A DNA stretch of 64,000 nt from positions 22,134,001-22,198,000 of the forward strand of contig OX597839.1 of assembly GCA_951406725.2 (NCBI GenBank). Direction: 5' to 3'. Each line of letters opens with the position of its first letter. Position 1 is the stretch's first letter. Below are positions 26,093 through 38,000 of this stretch, in pieces. Source of the stretch: Octopus vulgaris (taxonomy: Eukaryota). A program made the translations under genes and the position numbers. The notes under the pieces are model-generated. The model searched no databases. It saw only the letters and a list, made by a program, of their open reading frames with translations, and was not told the DNA's origin.

Positions 26093-27258
26093 CTGCTAAT
26101 GTGCCGGTGGCACGTAAAAACCACCATTCGAGCGTGGTCGTTGCCAATACCACCTGACTGGCCCCCGTGCCGGTGGCACATAAAACACCCACTACACTCT
26201 CGGAGTGGTTGGCGTTAGGAAGCGCATCCAGGTGAAGAAACTCTGCCAGCATGGAAAGCGGACGTTAAACGACGATGATGAATACCGTTTCATTGCAAGG
26301 GCCCTCTTGGAAGTTCCTTAGGGCTGTCAGGAATCTAGGGACCCAATTCTGATCTATAAATACTGTGGCTTGTCTATAAATAAGTACTATAGGGTTCAGG
26401 ATACTGCAAGATAGCTCTGCATACACACATACATATACACACCTACGTACATATCATACACACACCTATATACATACATGCATACTTACGCACATACACA
26501 CACCTATAAACATACATACCTACATACTTACATACATATATACATCCATCCATCCATCCATCCATACATACATACATCCATCCATCCATCCATCCATACA
26601 TACATCCATCCATCCATCCATACATACATACATACATACCTAAATATTTAATACATACATTTATACATACATGCTTACATATATGTATACACATAGATAT
26701 ACACACATATTTATACGTACATACATGCGTACAGTCATACGCACACATATGTACAGACACACCCACCCACACAGGTGAACGCTTGGGTGTGCGTGTATTA
26801 GTCAGATGAGGACCGGCAGATTCCTTGAACGCCAGACCCCTTTTAAGATCCTCCAAGACTGATGAGAAGAAAGGTGGAATGTTACTATGAAACCCAGAGA
26901 TGAGACTTGGTCCCGATGTTTGTAACCGGAATGGGGTCCGCTTAAGGTCCGCTTAGGACGGCCAAGGAGTGAGGTTAAACCGCCGGGTGTTGGTTACACA
27001 CACACGCAGAAAATATCGGTTCTACTATAATAGTAGATAGTAATAAAAGGGGGGAGAGACAGAGGTGGGGGGGCAAGAGGGGCGAGAGCGGGGTCAGAGA
27101 GAGGAGAGAGATGGTGGGTGGGTGGGCGTGATGAATGGTAAATTGGAAGTTTATATATATGTTGTGTGTGTGTATGTGTATACTATTTTTATGGGCCCCT
27201 CGTGAGCAGCCGTCGAAAAGCTTGTTGTGCATTTTACTGGAGAATTAAGTTCCTGGAT

Positions 27259-27340
27259 TTTCCTGAAGAGAAAGCTGCATAATGGACCCCTTGTTCACTC
27301 GGAATTAGGGACTTTGCAGACTTCGAAACATATGTCGAAA
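27259..27340 (+). ncRNA. Type I minimal hammerhead ribozyme motif (PLE-type), canonical core
   Basis: tttc-CTGAAGA-[gaa..ctgca...tgcag..ttc stem II]-GAAAC-atat-GTC-gaaa. 4-bp stem I, palindromic ACATATGT stem III, AATAAA at 27345, then (TA)n. Confidence 0.75.
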
Positions 27341-27389
27341 GTAAAATAAAGGGATTTTGTTAAATCTTCGTTCAGCTCCATTCTTTCCT

Positions 27390-27511
<122 letters not shown>

Positions 27512-27859
27512 ATAAGTGCCAACGCACGAAACTCTCGGCCAGTGAGTCACTCTGTTGCTTCTGCTAAATGGCTATAAAAATATATATACATATATATATG
27601 TTGAGTTTTGTTTGTATCAACATATCTGTATATACAAATGTGTATATGAATGAATAGATAATAACCATTTGAAATGTGTGTGTGTGTGTGTGTAAGGCCT
27701 TGCATATAGCTAAATGATACTCGTATATTAGATTGGGAAATATATGTATATATACACATGCATATGCGGGCATATACACGCACACACACATACAAAATGT
27801 ATGTTTAGAGTACGAAGCAAGTTTTATATCATATATGAGGCCTATATATATTTACATAT

Positions 27860-27891
<32 letters not shown>

Positions 27892-27893
27892 GC

Positions 27894-27941
<48 letters not shown>

Positions 27942-28739
27942 TGTGTGTGTGTGTGTGTACTTAGAAATATACACAAAAGTTTGGGTGTAAAGAGAACGGT
28001 GAGCACAAAATATAGTCAATAAATTCTACATACATCTCGTTATATATATATATATCTTTATATACACACACTCACTTGCACATCATACACACAGATATAC
28101 ACGGCGCGTGTTTAAGGTGTATTTGGTGTGTATAAAAATTAAAGCCAAGAGCGAGAGCAATAGGTTTGTACTTACATGTAAAACGTGAAAAACGGTGAAG
28201 AACTTTGGAAAGATTGTTGCTGCTTTTTTCGTCTGTTGCTATCTCTGCCTCTTATTTATTTATTTATTTATGTACGCACATCTAACTATGCCTCTCTGTA
28301 CACGCGCATGTATATGTATATATATATATATAATGTGTATATACATATGTATATATATATACAGAGCTGCGTGTACACACTGTTACTACTGCCCCTGTAA
28401 GAAGTTCCCTCTTCCTCTCTGCCAATGTATTTGTCCTCTTGCAAGAGACACGTAGCTTTAATATATCCCCTGGTATTGGTCCCTATATAGAGGGGGGGAG
28501 GCTGGGGGTGAAAGAATTTTAGGGTTTTTCGAAGGCAAAAAAATAAATGGGTTTACATTCTGATTTTCTTTGCGTCTTTTTCTTTTTTTTTTGGGAGGGG
28601 GGGTTTAATCTTGTTTTGTTTTTTTTAGTTGTTTTTTTTTGTGGATGAAGATGGTTTTGTTTGTTTTGTTTGTTGTTGTTTCGTTTTGCTCTTGGCCTTG
28701 GGTCCCTTAAATATGAGGGGCGCGGCTGTGTATTGGCTG

Positions 28740-29037
28740 CGTGTGTATGTGTGTGTGACCATGGGTGTGTGTGTGTATGTGTGTGTGACCATGGGTGTGT
28801 GTGTGTGTGTATGTGTGTGTGACCATGGGTGTGTGTGTGTGCATGTGTTTGTGGCCATGGGTGTGTGTGTGTGTGACCATGGGTGTGTGTGTGTGTATGT
28901 GTGTTTGTGTATGTATGTGTGAGACCATGGGTGTGTGTGTGTGTGTGAGACCATGGGTGTGTGTGTGTATGTGTGCGTGTGACCATGGGTGTGTGTGTGT
29001 GTATGTGTGTGTGACCATGGGTGTGTGTGTGTGTGTG
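28740..29037. repeat. Minisatellite of (GT)n spacers punctuated by gaccatgg
   Basis: About nine ccatgg units at ~20-45-bp spacing. Confidence 0.85.
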
Positions 29038-30116
29038 ATGGATGTAATGCTATGGTAATATTTGCTCGATTAACACGTATGGGGGAGGGGAGAGAGAGAG
29101 GGAGAGGGAGAGAAAGGGAGTGTGTGTGCGCGCGCGCGCATGAGAATGAAAAGGGGTGAAAAAGGGGGAAGGAAGGTGTGTGGGTGTGTGTATTTTGTAA
29201 TTGTTGTTTAGCTCAAGGTTAACAGTGACTGGGCAGTGGTGTGTGTGAAAAGCGTTCCAGTCACGACCGACCATCCTGTCTATGTAGATCGGTGACTGCA
29301 TCCTGCAATAGAGATGTGGGAGTTTGGAGATTCGGTTTCTATTTCTAGCGGTTCGAGCGACCGTTTTGAGACTGCCTTGCATTAAAGAGAGAGAGAGAGA
29401 GAGAGTGTATGTATGTGTGTGTGTGTGTGTGTATGTGTGTGTGTGTGTGTGTATGTGTGTGTTTGTGTGTGTGTGTGTGTGTGTGAGATATGAAAAATAG
29501 TTCTGTAATTAACGCTCAGTCCCTTGTGTGTGTGTGTGTATGTGTGTGTGTGTGTATGTGTGTGTGTGTGTGTGTGTGTATGTGTGTGTGTGTGTGTGTG
29601 TGTATGTGTGTGTATGTGTGTGTGTGTTTGTGTGTGTGTATGTTTGTGTGTGTGTGTGTTTGTGTGTGTATGTGTGTGTGTGTTTGTGTGTGTGTTTGTG
29701 TGTGTGTTTGTTTGTGTGTGTGTGTGTGTGTGTATGTGTTTGTGTGTGTGTGTGAGGTTGGGGAGAATTGTAGAAGAGGTAGAGGTGGTGGCGGCAGTAA
29801 GATGAGGGTGTCGTTGGTGGAAAGGGTGGGGCGGGGCGGCTGCTGCATGATGGAGACGATGATGGGGAAGGTGGAAAGGGGCGGGGGGGCGGGGAGAAGC
29901 CAATGATGGTAGAAATGGCAGTGGTTATAGAGAAATGGTGGTGGTGCAGGGGGCGGGGCGGGGCGGGGCGGCGAAGATGGTGGAGGAATTCTTGCGAAGG
30001 AAAGAAAGAAACGAAGAATCTTTCTTCTGCCGTGAACTTTAGTGACCAAGTTTTTTTTGTTGAAGTTGGTAAAGTCTGGAACATTTAGCACCATTTTGTT
30101 TTCGATTATATATATA

Positions 30117-30715
30117 CTAGCAGTATCGCCCGGCGTTGCTCGGGTTTGTAAGGGAAATAACTATATAAGCATTTTTAGAGAGCTATAGCCAAAAAATAGC
30201 AAAAAATGCATTAAAAATGGAAAAAATATGATGGTAAAATTTTTTAAAAATCGTTGACTCATCGTAGACATTTTTAGAGAGTTACTTCCCTTATATAATA
30301 GCGAAAAAATGCATTAAAATGGAAAAAAATTATGGTAAATTTTTTTTAAATCGTTGACTCATCGTAGACATTTTTAGAGAGTTACTTCCCTTATATAATA
30401 GCGAAAAAATGCATTAAAATGGAAAAAAATGCTGGTAAATTTTTTTTTAATCGTTGACTTATCGTAGACATTTTTAGAGAGTTACTTCCCTTATATAATA
30501 GCGAAAAAATGCATTAAAATGGAAAAAAATGATGGTAAATTTTTTTAAATCGTAGACTCATCCTAGACGCGCGCTAATATCCAGAAGGGCTCGATATGAA
30601 TCACGACTATAAGATACCCGGTTTTGGTTAAACTGCACCGCAAAATGTGGGAGTAGTTAGGAATCTAAATCGAAGGGGACAGACACTCACACAACTACAG
30701 TTTTATATATAAAGA
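30117..30715 (-). mobile_element. Related non-autonomous Helitron with an internal ~100-bp tandem array
   Basis: Same CTAG/hairpin 3' end (cccgagcaacgccggg), different 5' part, about three internal repeats of atcgtagacatttttagagagttacttccc... Confidence 0.7.
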
Positions 30716-31019
30716 TATCATACAGCCATATAAGTTAAACAACTTTGCTTTGCTAACCTGTCAGCACAGGTTCGATCCCAGCTTGAGTAAACGTCTTCTG
30801 TTTTATCCTCGGAAGACCAATGCTTTGTGAGTGGAATTTCGTAGACCGGAAACTGTGGTGGTGAAGGGGAGGGTAAGAAAATTGCTTCCCAGCCACACGG
30901 TTCTGGGTTCAGTCTCACTGCATGGCACCATGGGCAAGTTATCTTCTACTATAGCCTCGGGCGAACCAAGGCCTTACGAGTAGATTTGGTAGATGGAAAC
31001 TGAAAGAAGCCCGTTATAT

Positions 31020-31438
31020 ACTCTTTTTTACTCTTTTACTCTTTTACTTGTTTCAGTCATTTGACTGCGGCCATGCTGGAGCACCGCCTTTAGTCGAGCA
31101 AATCGACCCCGGGACTTATTCTTTGTAAGCCCAGTACTTATTCTATGGGTCTCTTTTGCCGAACCGCTAAGTGACGGGGACGTAAACACACCAGCATCGG
31201 TTGTCAAGCAATGCTAGGGGGACAAACACAGACATACAAACACACACACATACATATATATATATATACATATATACGACAGGCTTCTTTCAGTTTCCGT
31301 CTACCAAATCCACTCACAAGGGATTGGTCGGCCCGGGGCTATAGCAGAAGACACTTGACCAAGATGCCACGCAGCGGGACTGAACCCGGAACCATGTGGT
31401 TGGTTAGCAAGCTACTTACCACACAGCCACTCCTGCGC
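31020..31438 (-). mobile_element. SINE family A, full length
   Basis: Same consensus. Confidence 0.85.
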
Positions 31439-31556
31439 ATAAATTTAAATAATAAGGGGGAAAAATTGAATATTAATTTGATTAATATCAATTTAAAACC
31501 AGTGGCCTAGCATATTGAAAAATCTGAAGATTCAGAAAAAATATATTACATATAAG

Positions 31557-31714
31557 AGGGAGGACCACTAAGTGGACATTCATTATGCTAGAAGTAGCCC
31601 CCCCCCCCTATGGTCTTACCACTAAGAAAAGAGAGAAACAATATTTTCTTAGTGGTAAGACCATGGGGGTGGTCTACTTCTAGCATAATGGATATCCACT
31701 TAGTGGTCACCCTC
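31557..31714. repeat. Foldback inverted repeat (~73-bp arms, 13-bp loop)
   Basis: gaccactaagtgga...ggtcttaccactaagaaaa pairs with ttttcttagtggtaagacc...tccacttagtggtc. Confidence 0.8.
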
Positions 31715-31730
31715 ACTTATATGTATGTTT

Positions 31731-31774
<44 letters not shown>

Positions 31775-32315
31775 GTTTGTATCGTTTGTCCCCTCCGCCA
31801 CTTTATAACCGTTTATTAGTTTTTTATTAGTTTATTAGTTTTCGTCCTATAACATAGCGGTTCGGCAAAAGAGGCTGATAGAATAAGCAACACATTGAAA
31901 TAGAAACTGGGTCCATACGATCTTCTAGTACCCTTAGAGGCAGTGCTCCAGCATGGCCGCTGTCCAATAACAAAAGCCTGTAAAAAATAAATGTCTAGCG
32001 GGGGATTACTTGTTCCTGTTCCACCATCTGTCGGCCCTGATCATGCATATCTATGACCAAAGACGTTCCAACTGCGACCATCGCCGTTTTAGGGGCTTTC
32101 TACCTTTGACCATATTGCACCCGAGGCGTAAAGAATTGTATTTACACATTTATGTATTTCTCCTGTGCGGTAAGAAGCTTGCTTCCCAACCACATAGTTC
32201 TGGGTTCAATCCTATTAAGTGCTACCTTGGGCAAGTGTCTTCTCCTATGGCCTCGGGTCGACCAAAGTCTTGTGAGTGGAATCGGTAGCCAGAAAGTGAA
32301 AGAAACAGAGTATTG

Positions 32316-32712
32316 TGGCGATCTTTCGTCTCTAGTAGACCTTTCCGTCGATTTCCGTAAAAAATTTTTTTTTTTTACATATGGGCTTGCGGGAACTTTT
32401 GAAGTAATAAGAGCGAAAGAGACTAAGAGAAAGCGATTTTATGACGAGGGAAGTTCTTTTGAAGTTACCGTCCAGGGGAGGCATTGATGTACATGTGTGT
32501 GTGTGTGTGTGTTTGATGGGGTGTGGGAGACAGACAGTATGTTGTGTAAGTGAAGTGCTTCTGTTAGTGTGTGTGAAGAGACAGAGTAATGTGTGAAAGA
32601 GAGAGTCTCTTTCGCTCTCATTACTTCAAAAGTTCCCGCAAGCCCATATGTAAAAAAAAGAAGTTTTTTACGGAAATCGACGGAAAGGTCTACTAGAGAC
32701 GAAAGATTGCCA
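32316..32712. mobile_element. Second copy of the same MITE, opposite orientation, nested in a SINE
   Basis: ~105-bp TIRs, flanks GTATTG/GTATTT. Interrupts a SINE spanning about 32150-32870. Confidence 0.8.
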
Positions 32713-33197
32713 GTATTTGTATGTGTGTGCCTTTGTGTCTGTGTCCCGCCCCACCTCTTGACAATTTGGTGTGGCTGTGTTTACCTCCCCGTAACTCAGC
32801 GATTCGGCAAAAAGACATCGATAGAATAAGTCGCCAAGCTTAAAAGATAAATACTGGGGCGATTTGTTTGAATAAGGAATCCTGTTAAATTTCTTCCAGC
32901 CATTTCAAATTTTTCCAATTTTCACCGAATCGGTTTTTATAGAATTTAGATCTGATATTGTTTTTCATGCTTTTTGGCGAAAACTGCATTTTTTTCTTTC
33001 TTTCTAGAAATTGTACAAAAAAAAAAAAAAAAAAAAAGAAAAAAAATCCCAAGCACTTACAATTATGTAATTCTAACCAATCAGCAGCCTGCATTGCCAA
33101 TTATGCCGAACGTCGTGACTTGACGTGCTAGAGATAGCAGTCAAATCTTAAACTACACTATAACGTCTAAAAAGAATCTCCAAAAAGATAACATATT

Positions 33198-33612
33198 AGG
33201 CGCAGGAGTGGCTGTGTGGTAAGTAGCTTGCTTACCAACCACATGGTTCTGGGTTCAGTCCCATTGCGTGGCATCTTGGGCAAGTGTCTTCTGCTATAGC
33301 CCCGGGCCGACCAATGCCTTGCGAGTGGATTTGGTAGATGGAAACTGAAAGAAGCCTGTCGTATATATGTATATATATATATGTATGTGTGTCTGTGTTT
33401 GTGTGTCTGTGTTTGTCTCCCTAGCATTGCTTGACAACCAATGCTGGTGTGTTTACGTCCCCATCACTTAGCGGTTCGGCAAAAGAGACCGATAGAATAA
33501 GTACTGGGCTTACAAAGAATAAGTCCCGGGGTTGATTTGCTCGACTAAAGGCGGTGCTCCAGCATGGCCGCAGTCAAATGACTGAAACAAGTAAAAGAGT
33601 AAAGAGTAAAGG
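33198..33612 (+). mobile_element. SINE family A, full length
   Basis: Same consensus. Confidence 0.85.
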
Positions 33613-34214
33613 AGTATGCCATAGAACCGTTTTTTTTTCCTAGCTTGAGGTAGGCCCAAGTGTTTTTCACTTGTTGATTTTTATTAACCTTTAAATTGGT
33701 TTCAAATTTTGGTACAAGGCCGGCAATTTCGGGGTTGGGTGTAAGTCGATTACCTCGACCCCAGTGTATCACTGGTACTTAAATGCATCGATCTCGAATC
33801 GATGAAAGGCGAAGTCGACTTCGGTGGGATTTGAACTCAGAACATAATGACGTATGAAATGCTGATAAGTATGTTTGCGCCGCCTCCAAACGATTCTGCC
33901 GTCTTTAAGTCAAAACCAGTCTCCTTGGATGTATATCGAACTCACGACCCATTAAGTAATTATTGGGTCCCAAAGATCGATATCAAATGTACTATTCTCA
34001 TGATAAAATTGTTTTACAAGGTTTGGTGACGAAGAAAGACCACCACCACCACCACCATCAACACTACACTTCGTACAATAACAGCATTGATAACTGATTC
34101 TTTCGTCACCTTCTTTTACCCTAAGAAAATGTATATTTAATATCGATCTGTGGGGACAAGCAAGTGTTGTAAGAGTTAGTTCCATAAAACTTTACATCCG
34201 TCGGTATTGACTTT

Positions 34215-34452
34215 AAGGCGGTGAGCTGGTAGAAACGTTAGCACGCCGGGCGAAATGCTTTGCGGTATTTCGTCTGCCGTTACGTTGTGAGTTCAAATTC
34301 CGCCGAGGTCAACTTTGCCTTTCATCCTTTCGGGGTCGATAATTTAAGTACCAGTTACGCACTGGGGTCGATCGATGTAATCGACTTAATACCTATGTCT
34401 GTCCTTGTTTGTCCCCTCTGTGTTTAGCCCCTTGTGGGTAATAAAGAAATAG
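34215..34452 (+). mobile_element. SINE family B, full length, 14-bp TSD
   Basis: Head ggcggtgagctggtagaaacgttag...gagttcaaattcc; central gcctttcatcctttcggggtcgat (resembles the Meta/MESC domain as I recall it); TSD ggtattgactttaa at 34203-34216 and 34452-34465. Many decayed copies elsewhere (about 4790-5000, 6150-6520, 33700-33900, 61480-61910). Confidence 0.8.
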
Positions 34453-34667
34453 GTATTGACTTTAAATGTTGGTAATAACGTGCAACAAGTAGGCCTGCCT
34501 CAAGCGAGGAATTTAAAGAGTGCTGTGGCACAATGTGTCATCTTTTTTGTGTTTTAGAGGTCCCATTGTCCTATAAATAGGACACTAAATGAAAACATTA
34601 AATTAGTGTCCTATTTGTAGGACACCGTTTCCACTTCTACTTGAAATAAAGGAGTTTTTATTGATTG

Positions 34668-35078
34668 GCTATATGGCTCAGAAACCTGGACGTTATCAAA
34701 GAAGCTTGAGAGGCGGTTGGATGGAACCTACACTCGCCTCCTTATGAGAGCTCAAAACCTCTCGTGGAAGCGCCATCCAACCAAAATGCAAATATATGGG
34801 AAACTACCACCTGTGTCATCTCTTGTGAAAGGTAGGAGAGTCCAGTTTGCTGGACATTGTTGTAGAGCTGAAAAAGAAGTAATTTCTACTCTTCTCCTCT
34901 GGAAGCCATCTACTCACAATACCAGAGGGCGCACACTCTCCTACCCTGATGTAATCTCCAGGGATACAGGCATCCAGCAACAGGACCTCCGTAATGCCAT
35001 GATGGACCGTGAAGTCTGGCGTAGCATGGTAAATTCCATTGTCTCGACCACGATCGAACAATGATGATGATGATGATT
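34668..35078 (+). mobile_element. 5'-truncated RTE-like LINE 3' end
   Basis: LYGSETWTLSKKLERRLDGTYTRLL...FAGHC...AMMDREVWR, then a (GAT)n tail. Confidence 0.85.
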
Positions 35079-38000
35079 GATTTTTTAAAAATGTTAACGT
35101 ATTTTCAATCCTCTGTGAAAATTTAAAAGTAATATTCAGAAATTTTAGTATTCTGGGACTTAAAGCTTAAGGAAGATTTGGCTACTATTTCTAGCAGATG
35201 ATGAGACCATCTAAATCTTTCGTGCGTGCTGTTCCCACGGGGACTAACAGTTAAGACGTACGGTATATCTTGGCAATGGAAGCTGTCGATTAGCTTCAGT
35301 GACGTAATTGTAAACGTTCGAGAGGATTTTGTTTCTTACCATTTGTTGCTAGAAAAAATAAATGCGGTTTTCGTCATCAACATGAGAAACAATAACAGAT
35401 CATTTTCTGAAAATAATCCGATGAAAATTTGAAAAACTTGAAGTGGTTGGAAGAAATTTAACAAGATCCTGACTCAAGACATTGCTATAGCATGGTCGCA
35501 GTCCAATGACTGAAACAAATAAAAGAAATGATGGCAACATTGAATTTAACAATAAATATTAATTACTATTTGTTAGAAAGAAGTTAAAAAAAAAAGAGCA
35601 AACATGAAAGCAAGAAACCAACTATTAATAGTAAAATATGCTTTAAGCGAACATCAGTAACAATTGTCGGCCGATACCATTGCAGGCGTTGCCGAAAGCA
35701 AAATAGAAATAATATAATAAATCATTAAAAGTGAACAAGAGAAATTTCTGTTCCTCCCGACATTGGTCCTCACAGTCATTTCACTTTTTTAATTATAAAA
35801 ACCCACACATCGACAGCCATACACAACGATTTAACAAAACCTTTTCATTGTCTCCCGAACAGACGACACCATAGACGGCACGTGGTCATGCATAAGGACG
35901 TGACGGTTTTTTTTTTGTTTTTTTTCGGTGAATTTGTTCAATTTTAGTTTATTTTTAAACATCGCCATCTGTACTCAGTTTTAATCTTCCTTTCTTGCCC
36001 CCACCCCACCCCAACTGCCAAAACAAAAAAATATATAACTAAAATAAACAATCCCCAAACCGATTGAGATGTGTGTGTGTGTGTGTGTATATAGTATTTA
36101 TGATTAGCAGAAGCAGTTAGATGCAGCCATGCTGTTGGCCTTTTGATTACACCACTGAAATAAAATGTCAACCACTGCCGAAATCTAATATATGTAGCTC
36201 CGACAGGCCTCGACGAGGGGAGTAAAAAAAATGTAGAAATGGTATTAATATCACGATTTTGTGAGACGAGACCATAATATTAGATTTAACCGTTTGCTGG
36301 CCAAGATTTCGTGTATTCTCGTATGCCATGCGACGTCCGTCCAGTCAAAATGTTTGGAATATTTCACTTGCCGCAACAGTTGTCAACGATGGAGCCTCTT
36401 TGCAATGCACTAGAAATAGCAGCCAGATATCTCTCAGGTTGATTATAAAAAAAGAACAAAGGGGACATTTTTTTGTGAGCAATGAATTTTATTTTTTCAG
36501 ACCAAGTGGTTGAGAGATCAAAAAAGTTCCTTTATTGGATTATTTTTTTAATTTATTTAACATCAAAAACAATGACATTTATGGAATGTACAGATTCTTC
36601 TGGTTCCAAATATATATTTTATATGTCTAAATCACTGAGAAAAAAACAATGGCAATTTAAAAAAAAAGAATGTTACGTCATCGCTGATCCCCGAAATGGC
36701 CCTGTAACTTTTGGACCGAAAATTTGGGAATCTACCCAATGCCAATTTTCAGCAATATCGAAGTTAAGCTATTGTCCAATGGGTGATCTGTCCTAGAATC
36801 AGTTTGTCCCATTAATTACAATATAAAATGACCAAATTAATTAAATAGCTTCCATCAGTAATTGAAACAGCAACTTCCCAAATTTCCTTCATGACGGTGT
36901 TATCTTAAAAAGCACTCGTAGATAGACTGTGTGTGAATAAAAATTGAGATAGTCAGGAGTGGAATGCCTTTGATTCCAGTCTGCTGTTTCAAATCTGACA
37001 TGACACCGCCAAGTGGTCGAAGTCATAACTCATCAGAAATTAAGACGTGTTTTATTTAAACATCATATCTTTAGAATTTTGTTTATTGTCACCTTTTTAA
37101 CAAAAATAGTTCATAGAAATAAAGGAAAAATATGAATGACAAAAAACAGTCTCATGAAAAGGATATTTCATTAAAAAATATTCCAAAAAAGAATCTTTCC
37201 ATAATTGACAAATTAAAACAGATTCTTATCTTTAGTTTAGAAAACAAAAAAATATATATATATTTCCATCTGAAATCTTAGTATCATTTTATTAAGTAAA
37301 TATTTTCTGTGGAATCTTGGCATTTAAAAAACCCATCCAAGAATGCGATATATTTTTTATTCTACAAAAATTAAAAAGGCTAAAAAATGAAAAGGAAACA
37401 AAATGGCGAATGGAGTGCTGGTGGTGGTTCTCCCTAACGAAAAAAAAGGTAAAGAAAATCGAAAAGAATAAAATGACACCCCCCCCGACCGCCAAACAAA
37501 ACAACAAAGCATGAAACAGCTACTGGGTCAACTGAAACCTTGCAGAAAAAAAATTTGAAAGAACCAGAAAAACAAACAAACAAAAAAATCCCCCCCCCCC
37601 AAAAAAACCCTTTGAATCTCATCAATTGTCCTTCGAAGCTGGGGGGCCAGAGTGTCGGATAGTTTTGAAGGTTGCAAACCATATTAGGAAAAGAAACATC
37701 CAAAGACAGTCACAGAAATCTGGACACGCTCAAAAGACAATGGAACAAAGCACTCAGGCGAGTTCACTGATCTTTTCTAGAGAATTAAAGCAAATAACAT
37801 TTTTTTTTTCTTTTCTAACAATTTCAGATGGTTTGCTGGTCGAGTCGACTTATTTTGAAGGACATTCAAACGCGGCACACAGCACAACAAAGTTGCTTTG
37901 TTGATCTTTTCAGTTTCTGGTGGAGACACGAACTCCTCACCCCCATACCGGAGCAACTTGGGAAAGAAAGACAAGAATAAATTCACAGTTATTCTCTCTG

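Noticed and set aside
28740-29037. CRISPR-like periodic palindrome (ccatgg) with spacers
   Set aside because: The spacers are all (GT)n, the repeat is only about 8 bp, the context is eukaryotic and there are no cas genes.
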